Positions 19,061 through 28,662 of a DNA stretch of 64,000 nt are shown here, in pieces; within the stretch, counting starts at the first letter, position 1; the number at the start of each line of letters is the position of its first letter. The notes below the pieces were generated by a model. That model was not told the DNA's origin, ran no database searches, and worked only from the letters and a program-made list of their open reading frames with translations. The position numbers and the translations under genes are program-made. The DNA is from Fimbriimonadia bacterium (GTDB lineage Bacteria > Armatimonadota > Fimbriimonadia > Fimbriimonadales > JABRVX01), in the NCBI GenBank assembly GCA_041483895.1, contig JBGPGO010000002.1, positions 160,001 to 224,000 of the forward strand, read 5' to 3'.

Positions 19061-20407
19061 ATGGGAAATCGGTTGGCAATCTTTTCCCTCGACGAATTCG
19101 TCTTCGGCGATGCTCCACACCCCGTAACCACCCGAACCGGACTGAAAATCGGCGGTGGGACGGTCATCCCGGAGATCAACTTCACCCTCCCCACCATCGA
19201 AATCAATGACGAAAACTGGCCGGAGATTCGGCGGCAGTACTCACAGATGATCGAGGGCGTGTGCCGGCGCGCTGTGGAGTTGGAAGTTTCGGGGCTGCTC
19301 GTCGAATTCGAGACCCTCCCCGCGATGACCGAGCGCCCGCAGTGGGGGCTCGAGATCACACGGCTTTTGGCGGAGGCATTACAGACATACCGAGACAGGC
19401 ACGGCCTCGTCACCGCCCTGCGCCTCACGCCGAACGACAACCGGGACATGCAGCGGCCGCCCGCCATGCGCTCGAGCCGCTATTGGGACGGGATGCGCGA
19501 GATGTTCCGGGGGGCCGCGGATGCCGGGGCCGACCTGATCGCCATCGAATCGACGGGCGGCAAAGAGGTGAGCGACGAGGCGCTGATGGCCTGCGACGTG
19601 CGGGCGATGGTGTTCGCGCTCGGCGTGCTGGCCCCGCGCGACATGGCGTTTTTGTGGGGGGAGATTGTGGACGCGTGCCGTTCGACCGGAATCTTGCCTT
19701 CGGGCGACACGGCCTGCGGGTTCGCCAACACGGCGATGGTGCTGGCGGAGCAAAAACTGATTCCGCGCATATTCGCTGCGCTGGTGCGGGTCGCCTCCGT
19801 GCCGCGCGGACTTGTGGCGTACGAGGCCGGGGCGGTCGGGCCGAGCAAAGACTGCGCGTATGAAGGACCGTATTTCAAGGCGATCTGCGGCGTACCGATC
19901 TCGATGGAAGGGCGGTCGGCGGCATGCGCGCATCTGAGTCCTATCGGAAACATCTCGCAGGCGGTGTGCGATTGCTGGTCCAACGAATCGGTGCAGAACG
20001 TGCGGCTGCTCAGCACGTTTGCGCCGACGGTTTCGCTGGAGCAGCTTGCGTATGATTGCCGGCTGATGAACGCCGCGACAGACCGGCGGCTGCTGCGCGA
20101 TTGGCTTGTGGAATCGGACGCCGGGCTGGACCCTCAGGCATGGGTGCTACGGCCGGATGTTGTGCTGCGGCTGTCGGAGCGGATTGTCGCGGAGGAGTCG
20201 CCGTATCGCCGGACGCGGGCGGCTGTGTTGGCGACGCTGGAGGAGCTGCGGTCGGGATGTGTGCGAATTCCGGAGAACGAGGTGCGTTGGCTGGATATGC
20301 TTTCGGCCCAAGCGGAGACCTTGCCGGAGGATGAAAACGAATTTATCAGTCAGGTGCTGCCGGAAATTGGCTCGGCGCCTCACTTGGTGCGGGAATATGG
20401 GATGTAG
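19061..20407 (+). CDS. mtaB: Methanol:corrinoid methyltransferase MtaB family
   Basis: IESTGGKE, GDTACGFANTAMVLA, GPSKDCAYEG, PISMEGRSAACAH, DCWSNESVQN motifs. Confidence 0.9.
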   Translation: MGNRLAIFSLDEFVFGDAPHPVTTRTGLKIGGGTVIPEINFTLPTIEINDENWPEIRRQYSQMIEGVCRRAVELEVSGLLVEFETLPAMTERPQWGLEITRLLAEALQTYRDRHGLVTALRLTPNDNRDMQRPPAMRSSRYWDGMREMFRGAADAGADLIAIESTGGKEVSDEALMACDVRAMVFALGVLAPRDMAFLWGEIVDACRSTGILPSGDTACGFANTAMVLAEQKLIPRIFAALVRVASVPRGLVAYEAGAVGPSKDCAYEGPYFKAICGVPISMEGRSAACAHLSPIGNISQAVCDCWSNESVQNVRLLSTFAPTVSLEQLAYDCRLMNAATDRRLLRDWLVESDAGLDPQAWVLRPDVVLRLSERIVAEESPYRRTRAAVLATLEELRSGCVRIPENEVRWLDMLSAQAETLPEDENEFISQVLPEIGSAPHLVREYGM

Positions 20408-20461
20408 CGGTATTTCCATAGGAAGGTGGATGCGATGTATTGTGAGAAGATCGGTTTGCCG

Positions 20462-22555
20462 ATGGCGGCGATCCTATTCATGCTCCTTGCGAGCGTATGC
20501 GATTCGGCGGTTGTAAAGGTGCGGGTTCCCCAAGCCGATCGCGCGAATCCCCGCGTGTCCTACGCGGAACGCATCCTCACGTCGGCGCGCTTCACACGCG
20601 ACGTCGTCCTCACGATTGACCCCAAGATTGGAAATCCCGAGGGGTTCACTATCAAGTCGGATATAAGGGGCGCAACCGTCTCCGGAGGGGGACCGGCCGG
20701 CCTTCTCTACGGCGCGCAAGAACTAGTCAACCAGAAGAGGGAAGGCAAACTGGCGGACACCTCGCAGAAGCCTGATTTCGGACTGCGTGGCAACGCCTTG
20801 TTCCTCATGAAGGAGGCCAGCTACGACTTTCAACTCACGCCAAAGGAGTTCCCCTGGTTCTACGACAAAGCGTTGCTCACGAAGTACCTGGACTATCTAT
20901 TTGCGAACCGTTTCAATACGATCTTTCTGTGGAGCGGCTGTCTGTTTCCGAGCATCGTTGAGATGCCCGAGTACCCGGACGCCACCGATCTATCGCGGGA
21001 GCAGCTTCTACAGAATCAGGCGCAATTCCGTTGGTTCACCGACGAATGCGCGAAGCGCAACATCAGCGTATTGATGCACTTCTACAGCATCCAGATCCCC
21101 GGTCCGATGGCGAAAGCCCGCAACATTCCGCTCAACTATAATCAACCGACCGAATTCACCGCCAAACTGATCAAGTATTGCCTGTCGCGATTTCTGACAG
21201 AGTTCAAGTCGGTAGGACTTTATGTCTGTCCTGGGGAAGCGCTCGATCCCAAGTACACGGCGCAATGGATCAATGACATCGTCCTTTCGGCGGCGAAGGA
21301 GTGCGGGCACAACCCGGCGGTCGTCGTGCGGGACTGGGGATTGGATGCCGAGGGGTTCAAGAGGGACTGCATCAATCAGTATGAGAATCTCTTTGTCGAG
21401 CTGAAGCATAACATCGAAATGATCGTGAGTCCCGTCCCAGATGATCGGCATCAAATATGGCGGAACGTGGGCCGGAAACATATCGTCAACCTGCACGAAG
21501 TCGCCGATGTGAAACCGTTCCGGTGGGGCAGTCCGACGTTCATCCAAGAGATGACCGAGGAGTGGAAGAAGGCCGGAATCAACGGCGCCGAAATCTACAG
21601 CATGGTCAGTTGGCGATGGCCCTATTCATGCGACAAGCTTGAGCCGCAGCAGCAGGGATTCTGGCCGGAAGGAAAAAAGCTGATCACCTTCGAGCGTGAT
21701 TGGATCTGGTTGGAGGCGATGGGGCGATATTTGTGGAAGATCGAACGGGATCCGAAGGCGGAGGCGGCGTATTGGGATGACAGGTTGTCGCAGCGGTTCG
21801 GCGCCAAGGCGGGAAAGCTCATGCGTCAGTGGTATGAGCGAACAGGACCGATTCTCCCAGGACTGCAGAATCTGACAAGCGTGCAGAATATGAACTGGCA
21901 TCCCACGGCGATAGGCAAGGAGCAGACGGTAGATGCAATTTTGGCGGCGCGAGTAATTCCCGGATCGAAAGCATCTCCCCAATCCAACTATGTCTCCAAG
22001 CCCGTGGACAGCTATTTCTTCGAGCGATACAAGCGCGAGTATCATCAGCCCTCTCTCAAGAATAGGATGAGCATGCCGGTATCCGAATATGCCACCAAGC
22101 TCGCGGACGCCGGCTCGGCAATGACGCCGAACAGGATTACGGCGCTTATGGTAAAGCTGGCGCAAGAATCCTTGGAACTTGCCAAAAAGTCAGCGGCGGC
22201 AGCCACTCAGAATCGCGAGGAGGCGGATCGGTTCGTGACAGACAGCGAGGCTCTCCTTCTTATCGCGCAGGCATGGGATCACAAGATCAACGCCGCTATC
22301 ATGAAGGGCGCGTGGCAGAAGACTCACAAGCAAGAATATGCGGACACGTGCCTCCATCGGCTACAAGAAGCGATTGAGGTTTACCAGAAGCTGGTTGAGC
22401 TCACGGACCATACGTACATTAATGCCACCGACATGATTCTAAGCCTCAATTGGCACAAAGGACTCGAAGCGTTCAAAAGCGATTTGGCCGCGCAGGAGAA
22501 AGTGCTGGGACAGGTTGGAACAACATCCCACCCAAGCGCGTTGCCTGAATCTTGA
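20462..22555 (+). CDS. Glycoside hydrolase, GH138 (alpha-galacturonidase)-like
   Basis: GH20/GH67-type N-domain (GLLYGA); FPWFYDK..YLD, VGLYVCPGEA, PFRWGSP, WPYSCDKL, RDWIW motifs as recalled for GH138; start could be 20435. Confidence 0.65.
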   Translation: MAAILFMLLASVCDSAVVKVRVPQADRANPRVSYAERILTSARFTRDVVLTIDPKIGNPEGFTIKSDIRGATVSGGGPAGLLYGAQELVNQKREGKLADTSQKPDFGLRGNALFLMKEASYDFQLTPKEFPWFYDKALLTKYLDYLFANRFNTIFLWSGCLFPSIVEMPEYPDATDLSREQLLQNQAQFRWFTDECAKRNISVLMHFYSIQIPGPMAKARNIPLNYNQPTEFTAKLIKYCLSRFLTEFKSVGLYVCPGEALDPKYTAQWINDIVLSAAKECGHNPAVVVRDWGLDAEGFKRDCINQYENLFVELKHNIEMIVSPVPDDRHQIWRNVGRKHIVNLHEVADVKPFRWGSPTFIQEMTEEWKKAGINGAEIYSMVSWRWPYSCDKLEPQQQGFWPEGKKLITFERDWIWLEAMGRYLWKIERDPKAEAAYWDDRLSQRFGAKAGKLMRQWYERTGPILPGLQNLTSVQNMNWHPTAIGKEQTVDAILAARVIPGSKASPQSNYVSKPVDSYFFERYKREYHQPSLKNRMSMPVSEYATKLADAGSAMTPNRITALMVKLAQESLELAKKSAAAATQNREEADRFVTDSEALLLIAQAWDHKINAAIMKGAWQKTHKQEYADTCLHRLQEAIEVYQKLVELTDHTYINATDMILSLNWHKGLEAFKSDLAAQEKVLGQVGTTSHPSALPES

Positions 22556-22602
22556 TTCAGAGGACAAGAGGGAGGGGCCGCTGTGCGCAGTATTTGGCCG
22601 GT

Positions 22603-25600
22603 ATGAACGATGTTCGACGGGTCGGCCCCGCCCTCTTGCTGGTATTGATCTTGCAGGGCGCTGCACAGGTGCCTAAGGACGGCTTCTTGGGGCTCGGGGG
22701 ATTTCGCTGCATCGATCTGCGGCCGTTTGCCAACGACCATTATCTGGACCTTTATCAAACCGGGTTTTGGTCCAATGCGTCGTTCCGAATGGATATTTGG
22801 AAGCGAATGGGGGTGCCGTATTGGTACCCAGCGGGTGCAGGGAACATTCGGGTGGCGGGAACGCAGTGGCGGCGGCCCGGGAATGATGTCGTCTCGGCGG
22901 CGGCCGTTGGGGCGGTGGCGGAGGCCCAACAGCCGGGAAACGGCGCGATTGCCAACGCAAACGATGGCAACCCGTTTAGCTACTGGTATGCGGGCGACAA
23001 CCATCCGAGCGGCAAACTATTGATCAAACTTAAGAACCCGCAGCCGATCCGGGAGGTGCGATTCTTGGCATGGTCGGAGCCGCGTCATGCGCCGAAAGAC
23101 TACACCATTGGTCTCATCCTGTCGGACGGCCGGCGCAAAGAGATCGCCTCGGTGCGGGGGGAGAAACGGCGGGGCGAATGGATATCGTTTCCTGCGGGCG
23201 AGATTGAGGCGAGCGGCGTGTATTTGGATGTGGCGACGACGATGGAGGGCGAACACGGGCCGGTTGTCTACGAGCTCCAGGCGCGCGGCCAGGAGCAACC
23301 CTCCGCACCGGGCTGTCCGAGCGAGGTCCTGATTCCCCTTCACGGATTGACTGCCAAGGAGGTGTTCTTTCTCGGGCAAGTCGGCGGCGGGTTTGATACG
23401 ACACCGGACGTCGAAACACCGGTCGGAGAGTATGTCTTCACGTATCAGGACGGTCGACTAGAGCGGGTACCGTTGATTGCCGGCAAGAACGTCGCTTCGA
23501 CCCAATACGGCAACTTTGTGCCGGAGGCGCAGTTTGCTTGGGGGCTGTGCGATCCGGAGGCGATCATGGAGGCGACCGCCAGAAAACTCAACTATCACTT
23601 GGACGATCGGGTCGAAGTCGAGCCGAAGCGTCAGTTGATGGTCGCCGGTTACAAGCTGGGCCGCCCGGACCAGCCTTTGCGCGAACTTACCTTTCGCTGC
23701 ACGAATCCAAAGTCATTTTTGATTCTTCAATGTCTCACGCTGCTGTCACGCGGGGAGAAGATGAACGCCCTGTTCTACAATGGCCGAAGGCTCGACCCGA
23801 CACCCAAGAACGCGCCGGGGGCAGGTGTCGCCTGGTCCGAAGTTACGCGGGATCAGTCGCGAGAGATCCGCCTGGACGGCGACTGGCGGTTTTGCATCGA
23901 TCCCGGCAATATGGGCATTCGCCACAACTGGTTCGCGGCAGGGTTTGAAGCGAAGGGCTGGGGCAAGATGCCGGTCCCGTCGCAGTGGTACGCGCAACGG
24001 CTGGACTACCATGGCGTCGTTTGGTTCCGGCGAAAGTTCAAGGTGCCGAAGAGCTTTCCGGGCAAAGTGTTGGAGCTGGATTTTCAACGTGTAGATTACG
24101 ATGCCCACGTGTGGGTCAACGGCAAATATGTTGGCCGGCACAAGGGCGCCTATTCATCGTTCAAGCTGGATGCGACCAAGGCAATCCGAAAGGGAGCTGT
24201 GAACGAGATCGTGGTCCGAGTGGACAGCCCGATCGATCCCGGTTATGAGGGCTACAAAACCCTGGCCAAAGGCAACGCGGTCAATGACATCGCAATGCCG
24301 TACGCGCAGGAAGGATCGATGGGAGGCATCTATCGGTCGGTGTTTTTGATCGGGCGCGGCGAGGCGACAGTGCGAGATGTCTGGACATGGAGTGAGATCG
24401 ATCCGACCCTCCGGAAGGCGACGGTGAAGGTCAGCTTTGATGTGGAGACGGACAGTCCGGCAAAAATCGTCTGCCGGCTAACGGAGCCGGCCACCTCCAA
24501 GAAGCCCCGCAGGTTCGAAGCCGAGAAGGTTCTGTCGAAGGGTCCGGCTGTCTTCTCCTTCGATATTGACCGACCGCTGCTCTGGTGGCCGTGGGAGCAG
24601 GGGGAGCCCAATCTCCACATGCTGGACATACAGATATGGAAGGGAGACGTCATCTCGGACCGCCAGGTCATGCGTATCGGAATCAAGCAGGTCACTCGCG
24701 ACCCGCAAGCCAACTGCCTCGTCGTCAACCACCATCGCATCTTTATCAACGGAACGCTGAACGATGACATTCACTGGCAATCGCTGATGGACCGTCGAGC
24801 CTATAAGTATCGTATTCAACTGCAAAAGGACGCAAATCTCAATCTGATACGATTGACCACGCATGAATCTTCTCCTGAGTTCTACGAGCTGTGCGATGAA
24901 ATGGGGATGATGGTTTGGCAGGAGATGCCGCTGCAGTGGAGCTATTCCTCCTCGTCGGGCGTGCGTGCCGATATTCTTAAGATTGTCACGGAGACCGTAA
25001 AGCAGACCCGCCCGCATGCGTGCGTCATCGGCTACTCCGCGTGGAATGAAGGCGGCCAGTATGGATTCACGGATCAGATCACGAGGCTAATCGCCGGCGA
25101 AGATCCGTCTCGGCCGATGTCGCGGGCATCGGGCGGAGGTGATTGGGACGTACACGTCTATCCGACCCAATGGCACAGCCTTAGCCGCCGGACGCCGCTC
25201 TGGTCTGGTCTTACCTTCGGATTTATCAGCGAAACGGGCGCCTATGGGATATCTGACCTTGCCCATCTGCGACAAATGTTTGGCGACGATCTGTTCCGAT
25301 ACGGCGGGGCGGAGTATTTTTGGGAGACCTTCGCATCCTATCGCCACGTCGATGGGCCGGCCTACATGGAATACCCACCGCCGCTGGAGTGGCCGATTGA
25401 CAAGATCGAGTCCTATGTTTATGACAGAGTCAATGAGAGTGAGCGGTTCTTTTGGCAGGCGATGAAGTCCATGTTCGAAACGGCGCGGGCGCAACGTTTC
25501 GATCCTACGACATCGCTCGTCTACTGCCGATTCGACGATGCGTTTCCGACAGCGTTTCTGGGTATGGTCAACTTCGTCGGCCAACCACTGAAATCGTATT

Positions 25601-26400
25601 ATGGTGTGAAGGAGGCGTGCCAGCAGGTTCTTCCCATTGTCATTTTCGACAGCCAAGGTGCGTCCGACGTGCGGGTTGTCAATGAATACTGGACGAAAGG
25701 ATGGAAAGGCTGCCGGCTGGATTATGTGCTGCGGTCGCGGGATGGAAAGGTCGTCAAGGAGGTTTCAAAGACGTTTGATTTGCCGGAAGATGCCGTCGCG
25801 AAAGTGCTGACGCGAGAGGAGATTGGGGACCTGTGGCACGTTCCTGGCGGGTTCTCGGCCGAACTGAAAATCACTGGCGCCAATGGCAAGGAATTGTCGG
25901 AGAACCACTACGACATGACCGCAGACGAAGTACACACATTTGTCACTTGCCTCTATCCTCTGCCTCCAATGGCTCCGTGTGACTCGACGATGCTATTGGC
26001 GAAGGATGCGATCGCCGACTCAGGCGTCACCGAAATCCAATCGACCGATTGCTACGGCCCATCGGTGCTCGCCTTGGAGGGCAGGCAGCCAACCGCGCGA
26101 TTTACCGCATCGGTAGATGGGGGTGGAGAATACTCGATTCGTGCGGCCTGTTCCTCCGGCGCCCTGCTCCATCAATATTCCCTGTATGTGGATGGCGCGC
26201 GCGCTACACTGGAGAGCTACCTTTGGCTGGACATGAACGAGCCGATTAGCCGGGGCTCTTATTCCTCGCTCGGTCTTGCCTGGTATCCGGGTTGGACGGT
26301 CCCATTGTCCAAAGGTCCGCATGCCATCGAGTTGAGGTGGGAAGGAGATCAACCGGCGCCAAGATTGGTGCTCGATGCAATCGCCATACAGCCACGATAG
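22603..26400 (+). CDS. Glycoside hydrolase family 2 with F5/8-type (CBM32-like) domain
   Basis: YHGVVWFRRKF, VDYDAHVWVNG...HKGAY, CDEMGMMVWQE, WNE acid/base, ISETG nucleophile. Confidence 0.88.
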   Translation: MNDVRRVGPALLLVLILQGAAQVPKDGFLGLGGFRCIDLRPFANDHYLDLYQTGFWSNASFRMDIWKRMGVPYWYPAGAGNIRVAGTQWRRPGNDVVSAAAVGAVAEAQQPGNGAIANANDGNPFSYWYAGDNHPSGKLLIKLKNPQPIREVRFLAWSEPRHAPKDYTIGLILSDGRRKEIASVRGEKRRGEWISFPAGEIEASGVYLDVATTMEGEHGPVVYELQARGQEQPSAPGCPSEVLIPLHGLTAKEVFFLGQVGGGFDTTPDVETPVGEYVFTYQDGRLERVPLIAGKNVASTQYGNFVPEAQFAWGLCDPEAIMEATARKLNYHLDDRVEVEPKRQLMVAGYKLGRPDQPLRELTFRCTNPKSFLILQCLTLLSRGEKMNALFYNGRRLDPTPKNAPGAGVAWSEVTRDQSREIRLDGDWRFCIDPGNMGIRHNWFAAGFEAKGWGKMPVPSQWYAQRLDYHGVVWFRRKFKVPKSFPGKVLELDFQRVDYDAHVWVNGKYVGRHKGAYSSFKLDATKAIRKGAVNEIVVRVDSPIDPGYEGYKTLAKGNAVNDIAMPYAQEGSMGGIYRSVFLIGRGEATVRDVWTWSEIDPTLRKATVKVSFDVETDSPAKIVCRLTEPATSKKPRRFEAEKVLSKGPAVFSFDIDRPLLWWPWEQGEPNLHMLDIQIWKGDVISDRQVMRIGIKQVTRDPQANCLVVNHHRIFINGTLNDDIHWQSLMDRRAYKYRIQLQKDANLNLIRLTTHESSPEFYELCDEMGMMVWQEMPLQWSYSSSSGVRADILKIVTETVKQTRPHACVIGYSAWNEGGQYGFTDQITRLIAGEDPSRPMSRASGGGDWDVHVYPTQWHSLSRRTPLWSGLTFGFISETGAYGISDLAHLRQMFGDDLFRYGGAEYFWETFASYRHVDGPAYMEYPPPLEWPIDKIESYVYDRVNESERFFWQAMKSMFETARAQRFDPTTSLVYCRFDDAFPTAFLGMVNFVGQPLKSYYGVKEACQQVLPIVIFDSQGASDVRVVNEYWTKGWKGCRLDYVLRSRDGKVVKEVSKTFDLPEDAVAKVLTREEIGDLWHVPGGFSAELKITGANGKELSENHYDMTADEVHTFVTCLYPLPPMAPCDSTMLLAKDAIADSGVTEIQSTDCYGPSVLALEGRQPTARFTASVDGGGEYSIRAACSSGALLHQYSLYVDGARATLESYLWLDMNEPISRGSYSSLGLAWYPGWTVPLSKGPHAIELRWEGDQPAPRLVLDAIAIQPR

Positions 26401-26419
26401 GTGGCGCGCGAGTACGACC

Positions 26420-27502
26420 TTAGATCGGATTCTTTACTTCACTGATCAACGCCGCCAAGTTTTCCCAGGGTACATCCGGCTCGATGGCATGGGTCGGCGA
26501 GACTACGATTCGCGCGCCGTCCCGGGCCATATCGCGCAACTCCGAAACCGCACGGATCACGTCATCGGGGGCGCCGAACGGCATCGTGGATTGCGTCCCT
26601 ACCATGCCCCAAAAACCCATTCGGTCGCGATATCGCGGTATCACTTCGCGTATCGGCATGCACTCCGGCTGAACCGGGTTTAGGATGTCCATGCCGACTT
26701 CGATTAGGTCCTCGATGATTGGGCGCACGTCGCCGTCCGAGTGGTAGGCAATCCAGACATGCCCTCGCTGGTTGTTTCGAACCGCGTCCGTCACTCGGCG
26801 CAATCGTGGTTTGAGGTGCGCCCGCCAGAAATCGACGGCCATCATCATGCCGCGCTGCGTGCCCACGTCGTCTCCCAGCCAAACCAAATCGACTCCGGCC
26901 CGAACGTAATGCTCTACGGCAACGATTGCGCGGTGGGTGAACCAGTCGAGCAGCCAGTCGGCGATTCCCGTGCCATCGACAAGGTCCAGATACAGCCGAT
27001 CCATGCCGCGCAAGTACCAGGCCATTTCGAACATCGTGCAGTCCATGTTGCCAACTGAGGCTCTGCCTCGGGCGTGAATCGCGGCAACTTCTTCGGGCAA
27101 GTGAGCATGCGTCCGCTGGTCATGAAGGTCCGGCCACGGCAGGTTCTCCAATTGGGCTACGGTTTCGATGTTCTCGAGCGGATGGCGCATTTCGAGAAGA
27201 TGGTAGGCGGTCCCGACCGTGTGTTTCAGGGGCGGGTCGTCAACGGTTCCCAGCCGCCCGACAACGGAGTGTTCGCCGATAGGCACACCCATCGACTGAT
27301 ACGCCTCTCGCCACTCGTCCGGCTCCGTCTGGTAGCGTGGCGTTACGCGTTCGATCGAGAGGCCGAGCGCCGCGACCTCGTCGCGGGTTCCCAAGTGCGC
27401 CTCCATCATGTCGCGCGACGGATCCGTCAGCCATACGTCGAGCGGGAGGTGGTGCGGCCGGTCCCCTTCGAGCATGCGGCGCAGGTTTTCACGCTCTGTC
27501 AT
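26420..27502 (-). CDS. Uroporphyrinogen decarboxylase (UroD/MtaA) superfamily protein
   Basis: LRGMD, GDDVGTQRGMM, YHSDG, LNPVQPECM, GTQSTMPFG, SPTHAIEPDVP; ATGA overlap with upstream gene. Confidence 0.9.
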   Translation of the reverse strand: MTERENLRRMLEGDRPHHLPLDVWLTDPSRDMMEAHLGTRDEVAALGLSIERVTPRYQTEPDEWREAYQSMGVPIGEHSVVGRLGTVDDPPLKHTVGTAYHLLEMRHPLENIETVAQLENLPWPDLHDQRTHAHLPEEVAAIHARGRASVGNMDCTMFEMAWYLRGMDRLYLDLVDGTGIADWLLDWFTHRAIVAVEHYVRAGVDLVWLGDDVGTQRGMMMAVDFWRAHLKPRLRRVTDAVRNNQRGHVWIAYHSDGDVRPIIEDLIEVGMDILNPVQPECMPIREVIPRYRDRMGFWGMVGTQSTMPFGAPDDVIRAVSELRDMARDGARIVVSPTHAIEPDVPWENLAALISEVKNPI

Positions 27503-28662
27503 GCGCGACTCTCGTAGACGCCGTAGGTTTTGACGGCTTGGTACATTGCGCGGACATTCTCCGGTGTTATTTCGGGAGCGAGATTGTTCCCTTCTCGCAA
27601 CACGAATCGGCCACCGGCCATGATGCCGCTTTCGAGAATGCGGCGCGTCTCCGCTGTGGTTTCCGCCGCCGTCGCTTTCGTGAGGAACGGGACAGATGGT
27701 CCACCCCAAATCTCGACATCGTTCCCGAGCTCGTTGCGCAGCGCGCCGAAGTCCACGGGGAAGCCGGTGTCGAACATTTTGATGTTCAACTCTTGCATGA
27801 GCGCGGGAAAGTGGCGGGTCGCGTCTCCGCATAGGTGAATGCTGTGCGGCCCCTCGGCTGCAAGGGATTCGATGAGCCGTCTGTGGTGCGGAATCACGCG
27901 CTCGATCAGCATGTCGGTGGAAATGAGAGCGATCGAGTCGTCGGCGTAGAAATAGCCCTTGTCTTTGGCCGGGCGGCCCAACCGCTCGCGGAAGGCCTTG
28001 ATGCGACAGATGGCGGCCTCCGTCACGAACGCCAGCAATTCGTCGGCGTATTCCCGGTCTTCCAGCAGATCGACGCAGAACTCCATGGCGCCTCGCAAAT
28101 TGCAAGCGACCGTCATCGGCCCGTCGGTGCCCATGCCGGTCGGTCCCAAGACCTCGATTGGCCGGCCCTTCCATTCGTATCCCTCCGCCTGCCGCTTCGC
28201 GAAGTGGTCGTAAAAGCACCATACCTTATCCCAGAACGGATTATCGAACGGGTCCGGGACACCCCGGTCGAATATCGAGCGCTTGTTGTCATCGGTCGAG
28301 ATCGGCCGCGTGTCTGGGACCTGGTCGTTGATGTATTGGATCGGGCAACCGAATGCGGCGGCCTCATGCACGTTGTGGAAGTCCACCCAGAACTGCCATT
28401 TTTCCGGCAAACCCATCGGCGCGTCCTGAAAGATATGAAAAGCGCACCACTCCAGGTGCTCCAGTTGCCTTTGCAGCATGATCTCCGGGTCCGACCAATA
28501 TTGTTCAAAGTTGATACCGCGCGGGTTGGCGGGATGATCGCGCATCGTGTAACGCGAATTCACCCCGACGATCATCGGAACTCGGATCGGCTTGCCGGCG
28601 TGATACGCCTGCCAAACTCGCTCTTGCTCCTCGTTGTGGTCGCTAAACATCTTCGGGCGCAT
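27499..28662 (-). CDS. Uroporphyrinogen decarboxylase (UroD/MtaA) superfamily protein
   Basis: GPMTVACNLRG, ADDSIALIS, HLCG, GGRFVL..GNNLAP; start may be 28650. Confidence 0.88.
   Translation of the reverse strand: MRPKMFSDHNEEQERVWQAYHAGKPIRVPMIVGVNSRYTMRDHPANPRGINFEQYWSDPEIMLQRQLEHLEWCAFHIFQDAPMGLPEKWQFWVDFHNVHEAAAFGCPIQYINDQVPDTRPISTDDNKRSIFDRGVPDPFDNPFWDKVWCFYDHFAKRQAEGYEWKGRPIEVLGPTGMGTDGPMTVACNLRGAMEFCVDLLEDREYADELLAFVTEAAICRIKAFRERLGRPAKDKGYFYADDSIALISTDMLIERVIPHHRRLIESLAAEGPHSIHLCGDATRHFPALMQELNIKMFDTGFPVDFGALRNELGNDVEIWGGPSVPFLTKATAAETTAETRRILESGIMAGGRFVLREGNNLAPEITPENVRAMYQAVKTYGVYESRA

Noticed and set aside
26420..28662. True hemE (heme biosynthesis) genes
   Set aside because: They lack the W.MRQAGR signature of HemE and sit among glycoside hydrolases.
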